Below, piece after piece: positions 1 through 9,540 of a DNA stretch of 64,000 nt. The stretch is from Alphaproteobacteria bacterium (GTDB lineage Bacteria > Pseudomonadota > Alphaproteobacteria > UBA7879 > UBA5542), in contig JBKCVN010000026.1 in NCBI GenBank assembly GCA_046317875.1, forward strand, positions 12,617 to 76,616. The letters are read 5' to 3'. Numbering within the stretch: the stretch's first letter is position 1; the number at the start of each line of letters is the position of its first letter. The position numbers were made by a program, and so were the translations under genes. The notes under the pieces are model-generated. The model saw nothing but the letters and a program-made list of their open reading frames with translations. It was not told the origin of the DNA and ran no database searches.

Positions 1-3
1 TTA

Positions 4-702
4 TTGGTGATTAATAAACCCGCGGGGTTGGTGGTGCATCCGGGTGCTGGAAATAAAAAGGGCACCTTAGTGAATGCGTTGTTGGGGCATTCTGAAGGCC
101 ATTTGTCGGTGGTGGGGGGCGTGAAGCGGCCTGGTATCGTGCATCGGTTAGATAAGGATACCAGCGGACTGATGGTGGTGGCCAAGACGGATGCGGCGCA
201 TCAAAAACTATCGGCCCAATTTTCCGATCGCACCCTAAGCCGTACTTACCTAGCCTTTGTGGTGGGCCAAATTATGCCCGAAGGCACCATTGATCAAAAC
301 ATCGGACGCAGTTCCCACAATCGGCAAAAAATGGCGGTTAGACGGGTGGGGGGAAAAGAGGCCATCACCCACTATAAGGTGCTGGAGTATTACGGTGAAC
401 ACGCGGTGATTGCCTCGCTGGTGGAATGTCGATTAGAGACGGGGCGTACCCATCAAATTCGGGTGCATTTGGCCAATGCGGGCCATCCCTTGATTGGGGA
501 TCCGGTATATGGTCGGGCCAAAAGCAACCCCATGTTGAAGCGATTATGGGCCGAGAATCCGGGTGTGTGGATAGATGACCGGCAGGCCTTGCATGCGGCA
601 GCGATTAAGTTTACGCATCCCGCCACGGGGGAAAAAATGAAGTTTGAAATCCCCTTTCCCCCTGATTTGGAAGCCTTGCAAAATATTTTAGAAGGGGCCT
701 GA
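4..702 (+). CDS. rluD: RluA-family 23S rRNA pseudouridine synthase (RluD-like), 5' end cut by window edge
   Basis: HRLDKDTSGLMVVAKT catalytic Asp motif and a C-terminal GDPVYG motif typical of RluA/RluD; the ORF runs to the window start. Confidence 0.8.
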   Translation: MVINKPAGLVVHPGAGNKKGTLVNALLGHSEGHLSVVGGVKRPGIVHRLDKDTSGLMVVAKTDAAHQKLSAQFSDRTLSRTYLAFVVGQIMPEGTIDQNIGRSSHNRQKMAVRRVGGKEAITHYKVLEYYGEHAVIASLVECRLETGRTHQIRVHLANAGHPLIGDPVYGRAKSNPMLKRLWAENPGVWIDDRQALHAAAIKFTHPATGEKMKFEIPFPPDLEALQNILEGA

Positions 703-1628
703 TGAACAGCGCGCCTAAAAATATTCTTGTGATTCAGCCCTTGCCGGGAATTGGCGATCTTTTTTGGTTTGATGCGGTGCTGCAAAGCCTAAGTTCTTTT
801 TATAAAACGCCTGTGACGTTGTTGACTAAACGCCAAAGTCAAGCCCAGGCCCTGTATGGCGGCAATAATTATGTTCAGGACGTTTTGTGGATTGAACGGC
901 CGGGGCTGCATGAGGGGCTATGGGGGATGTGGCGGTTGGCCCGAACCTTAAAACAAAAAAAATTCTCCCATGTTTGGATTTTACATAAAAGTTGGCGCTA
1001 TCGATGGGTCTGCCGATGGGCGGGCATTCAACATATTATGGCCTATCCTGTTGAGAAGAAATGGTTACAGCTGCACCCCATTCAACGGGCCGAGCAACTG
1101 CTGAAAAACAATGGGGTGCCTTTGTTAAAGGATCCTTTGTTTCCCATTTCTGAGGATGCCCGCAGGCATGTGGAACAGATCTTAAAAATCCATAAAAAAC
1201 CCTGGGTGGCGTTGGGGATTGGGGGATCGGAGCCTTCGAAAAAATGGGGACATACGTATTGGGAAGATTTGGCTGTGTGGTTGAGCCATCATAAAAAAGT
1301 ATCGGTATTTTTGTTGGCGGGGGCTCGGGAACACACCGAGGCTGAAAAGATGGTTTCATCCATTCAAAAAAAGGGGGGTGAGGCCGTGGCACTCACCCAG
1401 TTTTCCTTGCAACAGTCCCTGGCGTTTTTAGCCGAAACAGAGTTGGTGATCGCTAATGATACGGGCATGATGAACGGAGCTGCCGTTTTAAATAAGCCTG
1501 TTATTGGCTTATTTTTAGGGACTGCGCCGCTTCGCTATCGGTCTTGTTTAAAGCCCATTCAGGTGTTACCTGGTGGAAAAACAATTTCTGTGGATCAGGT
1601 TCAAAAAGCTGTGACGATGATTTTGTAA
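702..1628 (+). CDS. Glycosyltransferase family 9 (LPS heptosyltransferase-like)
   Basis: N-terminal ILVIQPLPGIGDLFWFDAVL and a C-terminal ELVIANDTGMMNGAAVLNKPVIGLFG-like GT9 signature; start overlaps the rluD stop (ATGA). Confidence 0.6.
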   Translation: MNSAPKNILVIQPLPGIGDLFWFDAVLQSLSSFYKTPVTLLTKRQSQAQALYGGNNYVQDVLWIERPGLHEGLWGMWRLARTLKQKKFSHVWILHKSWRYRWVCRWAGIQHIMAYPVEKKWLQLHPIQRAEQLLKNNGVPLLKDPLFPISEDARRHVEQILKIHKKPWVALGIGGSEPSKKWGHTYWEDLAVWLSHHKKVSVFLLAGAREHTEAEKMVSSIQKKGGEAVALTQFSLQQSLAFLAETELVIANDTGMMNGAAVLNKPVIGLFLGTAPLRYRSCLKPIQVLPGGKTISVDQVQKAVTMIL

Positions 1629-1640
1629 TACACTGATATG

Positions 1641-2201
1641 TCAATAAAATGACGTTTCAGCCAAATAAGATTGAAGATGTTGTAACCGTTGTTGGAACCG
1701 TAATAAAGCCAACTCGGTTTGAACTAAATATTCAAAAGTAGGCAGGTCACGATCATCTGCCAAGGTATCCAAAATATTTTTTACATTATCTTGTTCTAAG
1801 ATCTTGGTCATGTCCCGCCATTTTTTTTCGATTCGCGCTTCATTTTTGTGGATGGAAGTGGAAGAGGAGTGACAAGATCTATGAAAAATCTTTGAAATGG
1901 CTACTTGGGGACCGTCTTTTAAAATATGATTCGAGACCTGAAAATAATAATTGGCCGCCCTATGCATATCGGAAGAAATGAACCCTGAAAGTTCTAAAAG
2001 ATGAAGACCCGTTCCCCGCCATAACCAAGGCTTTTTAACTTTTAAATGATATTTCTTTTCCATCTCGTGTAAGAAATAATACCGATTTCTCTCGATGGGA
2101 TTTCGAAAGAAAGGGTTGAAAGGGGGTGACCTGAGTGGCAGGATCGACTGTTGAGCGAAATGTTTAGATTTTTTTTGCGCAGTGCGAAATTTTTTTGGCA
2201 T
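1641..2201 (-). CDS. Hypothetical protein, possible truncated carbohydrate sulfotransferase-like
   Basis: FFRNPIERNRYY resembles the RNP(I/L)DR 3'-PAPS-binding motif of sulfotransferases. No N-terminal PKxGTT motif is present. It sits in a very AT-rich context next to an LPS glycosyltransferase. Confidence 0.3.
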   Translation of the reverse strand: MPKKFRTAQKKSKHFAQQSILPLRSPPFNPFFRNPIERNRYYFLHEMEKKYHLKVKKPWLWRGTGLHLLELSGFISSDMHRAANYYFQVSNHILKDGPQVAISKIFHRSCHSSSTSIHKNEARIEKKWRDMTKILEQDNVKNILDTLADDRDLPTFEYLVQTELALLRFQQRLQHLQSYLAETSFY

Positions 2202-2452
2202 AAGTTGTCTCCTATTTTAAGTGTCTGCCTGTTAAACAGCCTAAGTACATAATATAAAAAAAAGTAATTGTAAATAAAAAAATCGATATTTTTTATCAAT
2301 TATTTAAATTTATTGTTTTTTATTTTTTTCTGAATATTTAAAATTTAATTTTTACACGGCATTTTTTCTGACTATTCGCAAACTTGATATTTTTTTAAAA
2401 CCCCATTGAATGAATCCCCCCTTCTTGAGTATTATCGGGCAGGGGGTTTTTC

Positions 2453-3337
2453 ATGCTTAAAATAATAGGAATACTGATGCTGCAAGGGGTGATGTTGAAT
2501 GGAACGGCGGCCACAAAAGAAATTTTCCCTACGGCCCAGAAAATCCTCACTCAGCTGCGCCACCAACACTATGCCCAGGTGCCTTTTCGGTATGACCACT
2601 GGTTTTGTACCCAGGCCATGGAATCGTTCTTTAAATTTGTAGATTTGCCCGAAACTGAGCGGCATAAGTTTAATGGCAAACTATCCAGTAAACATCGTCG
2701 GGGTGATTTAGGGCTGGTTTATCGGCAAAAATCCCAGGGGGACGGGTATAACGATAGTAAGTGTTTTTTCCATTATCACCCCAAATTGCGGGCCTTACAT
2801 GAACAAGAAATTCAGAAAACCCCCGTGGTGAAAGATTTTATGGACCGGGCTGATTTGATTTGGCAGGAAGTGTATCACACGTTGGACTTAACCCTTACCC
2901 AATTCGAATATCCATTTCCAGGAATAAAAGCTAAGGTTTTAAACACACAAGAGCCCCATATTTTGGTGCGTTTTTTGCGGTATGATATTCAAACCCCGGG
3001 CCATTATTTAGCCAAACCCCATTTTGATGCGGGATCCATGACCTTTGCGATCGCTGAAAGCAAGCCAGGGTTGCGGCTGGGGAGTGGCCCTGACGATCTG
3101 AAATTGGTGGAACATTACGACAAGCAAGCCTTATTTTTCCTGGCTGCCAATATTGGGCAGTTAATAGACCCCACCCCCCTGAAGCCCGGTTGGCATGATG
3201 TGATTCATGTGGGCGAAAGACCATCGGATAATAAATACGAACGGTGGGCTTTAGTGGCCTTTATTGATGGGCATAACACCACGGGGGCGCCGGAAACGGT
3301 GACGCATAAGTGGCGGGTGGATAAGAAGCTGTTGTAG
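2453..3337 (+). CDS. 2OG-Fe(II) oxygenase superfamily protein (isopenicillin-N-synthase-like)
   Basis: HFDAG (HxD) followed by WHDVIHV (distal His) and ERWALVAF (RxS-like) with jelly-roll spacing. Confidence 0.5.
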   Translation: MLKIIGILMLQGVMLNGTAATKEIFPTAQKILTQLRHQHYAQVPFRYDHWFCTQAMESFFKFVDLPETERHKFNGKLSSKHRRGDLGLVYRQKSQGDGYNDSKCFFHYHPKLRALHEQEIQKTPVVKDFMDRADLIWQEVYHTLDLTLTQFEYPFPGIKAKVLNTQEPHILVRFLRYDIQTPGHYLAKPHFDAGSMTFAIAESKPGLRLGSGPDDLKLVEHYDKQALFFLAANIGQLIDPTPLKPGWHDVIHVGERPSDNKYERWALVAFIDGHNTTGAPETVTHKWRVDKKLL

Positions 3338-3565
3338 AAAAAACCTGATTTTTTCCTATAATTTAGGTACACTTTTCTTTGACTTTTATTAATCTAAAGA
3401 ACCCTAAAAATTAGAACGAAAAAAGCATTTTCCTGACCCTTCATAGTTAGAGTATTCGGTATTATATTTTCTATTTGACAAATACAAGGTAAACGCTGTA
3501 CTTCATGTAACTGTATTAAAAAATATGAATTTTTGTTTGTTTTGTATTAAAGAAAGAGTTTTAAA

Positions 3566-5344
3566 ATGAGAAAAAAATTTCTAGGCTTAACCATGTCCTT
3601 AAGTTTGGTGATGTCTTTGCTTTGTAATGCCCATGTAGAGTATGACCAAACATCCCCTGAAAAAGATATGTACTTCCAAGTAGAGACAGCACTAAGGGGT
3701 ATGAGAAATAAGATAGTGACTGCAATAACAGATCCATACCATGACACCATAGAATATTATTGGGCTTCCGCAGAACATAAAAAGACTTTTAATGAGACAA
3801 TTGATGGCCTGGCCCAGACTGCCATTTCTCGCATTCAATCAATTTCTGGTTGCAAAAGATCAGATGTAGCTATTAACTTAATTCAAAATTTTGCAAACGA
3901 TATAAAAATACAGGCCAAACCTTTTTTACAGCCAATTGATCAATTAAGAGGGGAGCTTTTGAAAAGTATATCTTGCTATGATGAGGGAAAAGCTACACCC
4001 GCTGAGAAAGAACAGTATGGGAAAATAGTTTATATGAAAAGAAAAGATGATGGTACCTTGTTTTCGGCTTCTGAACCACTGAAGGATGTATGGAAAAGGG
4101 TGGCACAGATAACGGCAGATGCAGATCTTTTTTTGAATACAAATCGCGTTTTATCTGATGCTCATAATATGACCCTTTTTGCTTTTTTGATGGGGGATCA
4201 AGATGTTAGGCATTCGGGAGAACCTTTGGCTATCTATCCGGCTTTTTATAATTACCTTGATCGGTTAAGTAATGGTACATTAAACCCAGAAGTAATACGT
4301 TTTGCATCAGTTTCCTTATATGAAGCTAGAGTGGGGGTTAAAGATAAAGAGACGGTTGACTGTTATGAACCCTCTGTGTTTGAATCTGTTTCTGAAGAAA
4401 AACCTGATGATAGTCAAATCGATTCGAATCATGTTAATATTAAAAAATCAGTGAAACTTTCAAAGCTGTTGGGGATATCTGAAGATGACCTGAATAAGAT
4501 TCGAGCAGCAAATCCTCCTTATAAATTCTCTAGCCCAGAATTAAAAGCCAAAGAAGAGGAACAAAAACGTTTATTAGAGGAAAAACAACGTGCCGAAGAA
4601 GAAGCCCGTCGTTTAGAAGAACAAAAACGTGCCGAATTACAAGCCCGTGCCGAATTACAAGCCCGTGCCGAAGAAGAAGCCCGTCGTTTAGAAGAAAAAC
4701 GCCTTCAGGAGAAGAAGGATGCGACCATCAATGCACCTGTTATGACAAGGATTCTTTTCCAGGATAATAGGCAAGAAATGAAGAAAATTTCCGATAAAAT
4801 GAAAGAAATTGAGCTTCTTCATTGTGATAAGGATGAGCACGGTCGGAAAAAAGAGAGGAAAAATCTTTTGGGAAATCCATTAGTTGTTAAAGAGATGATT
4901 ATGGATTATTCCCGAGGATATGAACAAGTAGGCCCCAAGGCTTTTTTTGATACTATTTTTGAAGCTTTCTTAAATCCTATGATGGGAACAGTTTTAAATG
5001 CTTCTATCCCCCAAGATTGTTCTACTTTAAAAGCATGGCTTTTACAGAAATATAAAGATTTTGGTGGAGAAAATCCAGATCAAACAATTAAATATATTTT
5101 TGATAAATTTAATAAGGGTGGTTTCGGGTATAACGTTCTTGTTCCGGCCTTAAGCCACTTCCATGGTTTTGTCACTTTATATGGACAAGACTCTAGATAT
5201 CAAGACGATATTGAGACTGTCACCATAAATGTTATGAGCATGCTGCAAGAGCAACTTGAGAAATGTGGTGATGGCGCCCAGGGCCGAGGATTTTTGATTG
5301 ATTGGGCCATCATTCAAGCGATCCAAAAAGGGGTTGGGGCCTAA
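3566..5344 (+). CDS. Secreted coiled-coil repeat protein, candidate effector
   Basis: Signal peptide MRKKFLGLTMSLSLVMSLLCNA. The central region is an E/Q/R/A-rich coiled coil with in-frame tandem repeats (EEEARRLEE, RAELQA). The gene is AT-rich relative to its neighbours. Confidence 0.55.
   Translation: MRKKFLGLTMSLSLVMSLLCNAHVEYDQTSPEKDMYFQVETALRGMRNKIVTAITDPYHDTIEYYWASAEHKKTFNETIDGLAQTAISRIQSISGCKRSDVAINLIQNFANDIKIQAKPFLQPIDQLRGELLKSISCYDEGKATPAEKEQYGKIVYMKRKDDGTLFSASEPLKDVWKRVAQITADADLFLNTNRVLSDAHNMTLFAFLMGDQDVRHSGEPLAIYPAFYNYLDRLSNGTLNPEVIRFASVSLYEARVGVKDKETVDCYEPSVFESVSEEKPDDSQIDSNHVNIKKSVKLSKLLGISEDDLNKIRAANPPYKFSSPELKAKEEEQKRLLEEKQRAEEEARRLEEQKRAELQARAELQARAEEEARRLEEKRLQEKKDATINAPVMTRILFQDNRQEMKKISDKMKEIELLHCDKDEHGRKKERKNLLGNPLVVKEMIMDYSRGYEQVGPKAFFDTIFEAFLNPMMGTVLNASIPQDCSTLKAWLLQKYKDFGGENPDQTIKYIFDKFNKGGFGYNVLVPALSHFHGFVTLYGQDSRYQDDIETVTINVMSMLQEQLEKCGDGAQGRGFLIDWAIIQAIQKGVGA
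4550..4712 (+). repeat. In-frame tandem nucleotide repeats inside the CDS (coiled-coil EEQKR/AEEEARRLEE/RAELQA units)
   Basis: gccgaattacaagcccgt occurs twice in tandem; gccgaagaagaagcccgtcgtttagaagaa occurs twice. Confidence 0.7.
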
Positions 5345-5370
5345 AACATTATACAATGTGTTACAGAAAA

Positions 5371-5390
5371 GGCGCCTAAGGGCGCCTTTT
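5371..5390. terminator. Bidirectional rho-independent terminator between convergent genes
   Basis: ggcgcc-taag-ggcgcc stem-loop with an A-run upstream and a T-run downstream (aaaaggcgcctaagggcgcctttt). Confidence 0.65.
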
Positions 5391-5425
5391 CATTTTTCAT
5401 AAAATTAACTTGGGTGTACAACCCA

Positions 5426-6328
5426 TTAATTTTTTGATGTGTTTGATTTCATGATTAATCTGGCAGCCCGCAACTTTTCAAAATCATCACCCGCGTGATA
5501 AGACGACCGGGTTAGGGGCGAGGCCGAGACCATCAGGAACCCTTTCCCGCGGGCCATGCGTTCATAATCTTGGAACTCTTCTGGTGTGGCATATCGCATG
5601 AGGGGGTGGTGTTTGGGTGTGGGTTGAAGATACTGACCAATGGTCATGAAATCAACATCTGCCGCCCGCAAATCATCCATCACTTGATAAATCTCGGGCT
5701 TTTCTTCGCCCAAGCCCACCATGATGCCCGATTTGGTAAAGATGGTGGGGTCTAGCTGCTTGACGCGATGCAGTAAATTCAACGAGTGGAAATAGCGGGC
5801 GCCGGGACGCACGGTGGCATACAGGCGCGGCACGGTTTCCAGGTTGTGGTTATACACATCGGGCTTGGCTGCCACAACGATTTCCAGGGCCCCAGGTTTA
5901 CGCAAAAAGTCGGGCGTTAGAATTTCAATGGTGGTGTGGGGGGATGTTTTTCGAATGGCCCGAATGGTTTGGGCAAAGTGCTCGGCGCCTCCATCGGGCA
6001 AATCATCCCGGTCGACGGACGTGATCACCACATGGGCAAGATTCAATTTTTTCAGCGCCTCGGCCACACGTTCGGGCTCGTGGGGGTCTAACAAATCGGG
6101 GCGCCCGGTTTTAATGTTACAGAAGGCACAGGCGCGCGTGCACACACTGCCCAGAATCATGATGGTGGCGTGTTGTTTGGCCCAGCACTCGCCAATATTG
6201 GGGCAGGCGGCCTCTTCACACACCGTATTCAGCTTGGCATCCCGAATCAACTGCCGCGTAGTGTGATACTCGGCCGAGATAGGGGCTTTAACTTTCAGCC
6301 AATCAGGTTTTGCAAGTTTTTCTGTCAT
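5426..6328 (-). CDS. lipA: Lipoyl synthase
   Basis: Radical-SAM CxxxCxxC (CTRACAFC) plus the N-terminal [12 protein letters not shown] cluster motif. Confidence 0.9.
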   Translation of the reverse strand: MTEKLAKPDWLKVKAPISAEYHTTRQLIRDAKLNTVCEEAACPNIGECWAKQHATIMILGSVCTRACAFCNIKTGRPDLLDPHEPERVAEALKKLNLAHVVITSVDRDDLPDGGAEHFAQTIRAIRKTSPHTTIEILTPDFLRKPGALEIVVAAKPDVYNHNLETVPRLYATVRPGARYFHSLNLLHRVKQLDPTIFTKSGIMVGLGEEKPEIYQVMDDLRAADVDFMTIGQYLQPTPKHHPLMRYATPEEFQDYERMARGKGFLMVSASPLTRSSYHAGDDFEKLRAARLIMKSNTSKN

Positions 6329-6337
6329 GATCCCTTA

Positions 6338-7735
6338 CTAAAAATGCAATGCTTTCCCATAGGCATCCAACACCGCCTCGTGCATCATTTCCGACAACGT
6401 TGGATGCGCAAAGACAGTATGCATCAATTCAGCTTCGGTGGTTTCCAGGGTCTTGCCCACCACGTAGCCTTGGATGAGTTCGGTGACCTCGGCGCCGATC
6501 ATGTGGGCACCCAAAAGCTCGCCTGTTTTGTCATCAAAAATGGTTTTGATGAGTCCTTCCGCATCGCCCAAGGCAATGGCCTTACCATTCGCCATATAAG
6601 GGAAACGACCCACCCGAACTTTATGGCCTTTTTGTTTGGCAGCGGCTTCAGTAAGGCCCACGCTGGCCACCTGGGGCAAGGAATAAGTGCATCCGGGAAT
6701 ATTGGATTTTTTCAAGGGGTGCACATGGGGTTGGTTGGCAATTTTTTCCACACAAATGATGGCTTCATGGCTGGCCTTATGCGCGAGCCACGGGGCCCCG
6801 GCCACATCGCCAATGGCATAGACGCCTGGTTCATCGGTGGCACACCATTCATTGGTTTTGATCTGGTTTTTTTCTACCTTGACCTTTGTGTTTTCAAGGC
6901 CCAAGTTTTCCGTATTGCCCACAATACCCGTGGCCACAATGACGCGGTCCACCGTTAGGGTGGTTATTTTGCCTTTATGGTCTAATGTGGCTTTTACGGA
7001 GTCTTTTCCTTTTTCCAGGCTTTTAACCGTGGTGCCCGTATGAATCTTCATGCCTTGTTTTTCAAACATTTTTTGCGCATTGGCCGAGATTTCGGCGTCT
7101 TCCACCGGCAGAATGCGGTCTTGAATTTCCACCACGGTGACTTCGGCCCCCAGCGTACGGTAAAAGCTGGCAAATTCCACCCCAATGGCGCCCGATCCCA
7201 CCACCAATAAACTTTGGGGCATGTGTTCGGGGGTCATGGCTTCTTTCGAGGTCCAAATAAGATGACCGTCTGGTTCAAGGCCGGGCAAAACCCGGGGACG
7301 TGCGCCTGTGGCCAAAATGATATGAGACGCGGTTAAAACCTGTTTGTTGGCACCCTCCGTCACTTCCAGTTTTTTTTGACCCAATAATTTGCCATAGCCT
7401 GGGATGAGGGTAACTTTATTTTTTTTCATAAGATGGCTGATACCACCCGAGAGTTGGTGTGATACTTTCCGAGAGCGCTCGACAATTTTTTTGATATCAA
7501 ATTTAATAGAAGAGGCCGACAACCCAAATTCATCTAAATGATGCATCAGGTGATAAATTTCAGCCGAGCGTAATAATGCCTTGGTGGGAATACATCCCCA
7601 ATTAAGACATACACCACCCAACTTATCTTTTTCCACCAGGGCTGTTTTTAAGCCTAACTGGGCCGCCCGAATGGCTGCCACATACCCACCGGGCCCACCG
7701 CCCACCACAATAAGATCAAAAGACTGAGACATCAT
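6338..7735 (-). CDS. lpdA: Dihydrolipoamide dehydrogenase (E3)
   Basis: GGGPGGYVAAIRAAQLG FAD motif and the GGVCLNWGCIPTK redox-active disulfide. Confidence 0.9.
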   Translation of the reverse strand: MMSQSFDLIVVGGGPGGYVAAIRAAQLGLKTALVEKDKLGGVCLNWGCIPTKALLRSAEIYHLMHHLDEFGLSASSIKFDIKKIVERSRKVSHQLSGGISHLMKKNKVTLIPGYGKLLGQKKLEVTEGANKQVLTASHIILATGARPRVLPGLEPDGHLIWTSKEAMTPEHMPQSLLVVGSGAIGVEFASFYRTLGAEVTVVEIQDRILPVEDAEISANAQKMFEKQGMKIHTGTTVKSLEKGKDSVKATLDHKGKITTLTVDRVIVATGIVGNTENLGLENTKVKVEKNQIKTNEWCATDEPGVYAIGDVAGAPWLAHKASHEAIICVEKIANQPHVHPLKKSNIPGCTYSLPQVASVGLTEAAAKQKGHKVRVGRFPYMANGKAIALGDAEGLIKTIFDDKTGELLGAHMIGAEVTELIQGYVVGKTLETTEAELMHTVFAHPTLSEMMHEAVLDAYGKALHF

Positions 7736-7743
7736 ACGACTCC

Positions 7744-8991
7744 TTACACCAACAATAGGGCTGGATTTTCAATATATTTCTTGAAGGCTTGCAACAACTG
7801 ACTACCCACGCTGCCATCCACCACACGGTGATCTACGGATAGCGAGCATGTCATCACTGTGGCAACGGCCAGTTGTCCGTTTTTCACCACCGGGCGCTGT
7901 TCACCGGCACCCACGGCCAGGATGCATCCTTGGGGGGGATTGATGATGGCTTCGAATTGTTTAATGCCGAACATACCTAGGTTCGAAACGCTGAAGGACC
8001 CGCCTTGGAATTCTTCGGGTTTTAATTTGCCTTCTTTGGCCTTTTGAACCAGGGTTTTGACTTCCTGGGAAATGGACAACAGGGATTTTAGGTTAGCCAT
8101 TTTTACAATGGGGGTAATAAGGCCATCTTCAATGGCCACCGCCACTGAAATATCGGATGTATTGTAATATCGAATGGTTTGACCCATCCACGAGGCATTG
8201 GCTTCGGGCACATCACGCAAGGCCAACGCCACGGCTTTTAACACGAAATCATTCACCGTTACTTTGACATTTAAATGGGTATTGATGGATTGACGGGCGG
8301 ACATCAGGGCATCCAGTTCGCAATCAACGGTTAGGTAAAAATGGGGTACCGATTGTTTGGATTCGGTCAGGCGTTGGGCAATGACGCGACGCATGTTGGA
8401 TACGGGTTTGTCCTCATACAAAGGACCATGATGCACGGGGGCGTGGCCTAGGCCCGCAGAGCCGGGCACAAAGTTTTCGATATCTTGTTTGATGATGCGA
8501 CCATGGGGGCCCGAGCCTTGGACCTGGCGCAAATTAATGTGTCGTTCCGTGGCCAACCGTCGGGCCAGGGGGGATGCCACAACGCGACCTGTGGACATGG
8601 TCATGCTAGGTGCGGGCGCTGAGGAAACAGGTGCAGCTGGGACACTGGGTGCAACAGGTGCAGGTGCAGTGACCACAGGTTCTTGTTTCGGTGCTTCGGG
8701 GGCCGCTGCTGCTGTGAATTTGTAACTGTCAAGGGCGCTTTTGTCTTCGCCTTTTTCCAGAATCAGCGCAATAGGGCTGTTCACTTTTACATTATCGGTG
8801 CCTTCGGGAATAAGGATTTTTCCTAAGATGCCTTCATCCACCGCTTCCACTTCCATGGTGGCTTTATCGGTTTCGATTTCTGCAATGACTTGGCCGGCCG
8901 TAAGGGCATCGCCTTCTTTTTTATGCCACTTCACCAAGTTACCTTCGGTCATGGTGGGGGACAAGGCGGGCATTAGAATTTCAATAGGCAT
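7744..8991 (-). CDS. pdhC: Pyruvate dehydrogenase E2 dihydrolipoamide acetyltransferase
   Basis: Lipoyl domain (IETDKATMEV), Ala/Pro linker, and a catalytic domain with SLSVDHRVVDG. Confidence 0.9.
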   Translation of the reverse strand: MPIEILMPALSPTMTEGNLVKWHKKEGDALTAGQVIAEIETDKATMEVEAVDEGILGKILIPEGTDNVKVNSPIALILEKGEDKSALDSYKFTAAAAPEAPKQEPVVTAPAPVAPSVPAAPVSSAPAPSMTMSTGRVVASPLARRLATERHINLRQVQGSGPHGRIIKQDIENFVPGSAGLGHAPVHHGPLYEDKPVSNMRRVIAQRLTESKQSVPHFYLTVDCELDALMSARQSINTHLNVKVTVNDFVLKAVALALRDVPEANASWMGQTIRYYNTSDISVAVAIEDGLITPIVKMANLKSLLSISQEVKTLVQKAKEGKLKPEEFQGGSFSVSNLGMFGIKQFEAIINPPQGCILAVGAGEQRPVVKNGQLAVATVMTCSLSVDHRVVDGSVGSQLLQAFKKYIENPALLLV

Positions 8992-9012
8992 ATAAGACCT
9001 CCGATTGGGTTA

Positions 9013-9502
9013 AAGATGGATTGCTTTGTCGGACTTTTGGTCCTCCGCGCAATGACGATAAAAGATGGCCTTCGTCATTGCGAGGGAATCCGAAGGATGA
9101 ACGAAGCAATCCACCTTTCTTAATAACAAACCTAATAACAAATGAATTCATACAAATCTTTCCAATCTGGGTTCATGCCGGCGATCAATTCAATCTTCTT
9201 CTGGCGAGATCCACCTTTAAGCTGTTTCTCTCGGGTGATCGCATCAAACATGGTTTCAAAAAATTCGTAATAGACCAGATTTTTGCAACCATACTTTTCT
9301 GTAAAAGAGCCTTTTATTTCTGCCTCTCGATGTTGAAAAACGCGATGCGTCAAACTAGATGTTACTCCTACATACAGAGTGCCTCTGTATCCGTTTGCCA
9401 TTATGTACACAGCAGGCTGCTTTTTCATAACACTTAACGACCCATACACAAACAAGATGGTTTGCTTTGTCGGACTTTTGGTCCTCCGCACAATGACGAT
9501 AG
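9013..9502. mobile_element. GIY-YIG nuclease cassette bounded by ~45-bp direct repeats, inserted between pdhB and pdhC
   Basis: Near-identical repeats at 9013-9060 and 9456-9502 (gatgg(a/t)ttgctttgtcggacttttggtcctccgc(g/a)caatgacgata). An imperfect palindrome (cgcaatgacga...tcgtcattgcg) lies after the first copy, and a third partial copy (attgctttgtcg) at 9508-9519. Confidence 0.45.
9132..9428 (-). CDS. Small GIY-YIG nuclease family protein (YhbQ/UPF0213-like)
   Basis: YIMANGYRGTLYVGVTSSLTHRVFQHRE (GIY...YVG) and the conserved KNLVYYE...REKQLKG. The likely start is MKKQ at 9428 rather than the upstream ORF start. Confidence 0.75.
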   Translation of the reverse strand: MKKQPAVYIMANGYRGTLYVGVTSSLTHRVFQHREAEIKGSFTEKYGCKNLVYYEFFETMFDAITREKQLKGGSRQKKIELIAGMNPDWKDLYEFICY

Positions 9503-9540
9503 GGGAATTGCTTTGTCGCTTCGCAAAAGAAAACCATTCC

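Noticed and set aside
6170-6958. 262-aa plus-strand ORF
   Set aside because: Entirely antisense to the highly conserved lpdA/lipA coding region; Gly/His/Phe-rich translation typical of an antisense artifact
9021-9437. 138-aa plus-strand ORF across the GIY-YIG cassette
   Set aside because: Antisense to the GIY-YIG gene, which has clear family motifs; it spans the repeat and palindrome
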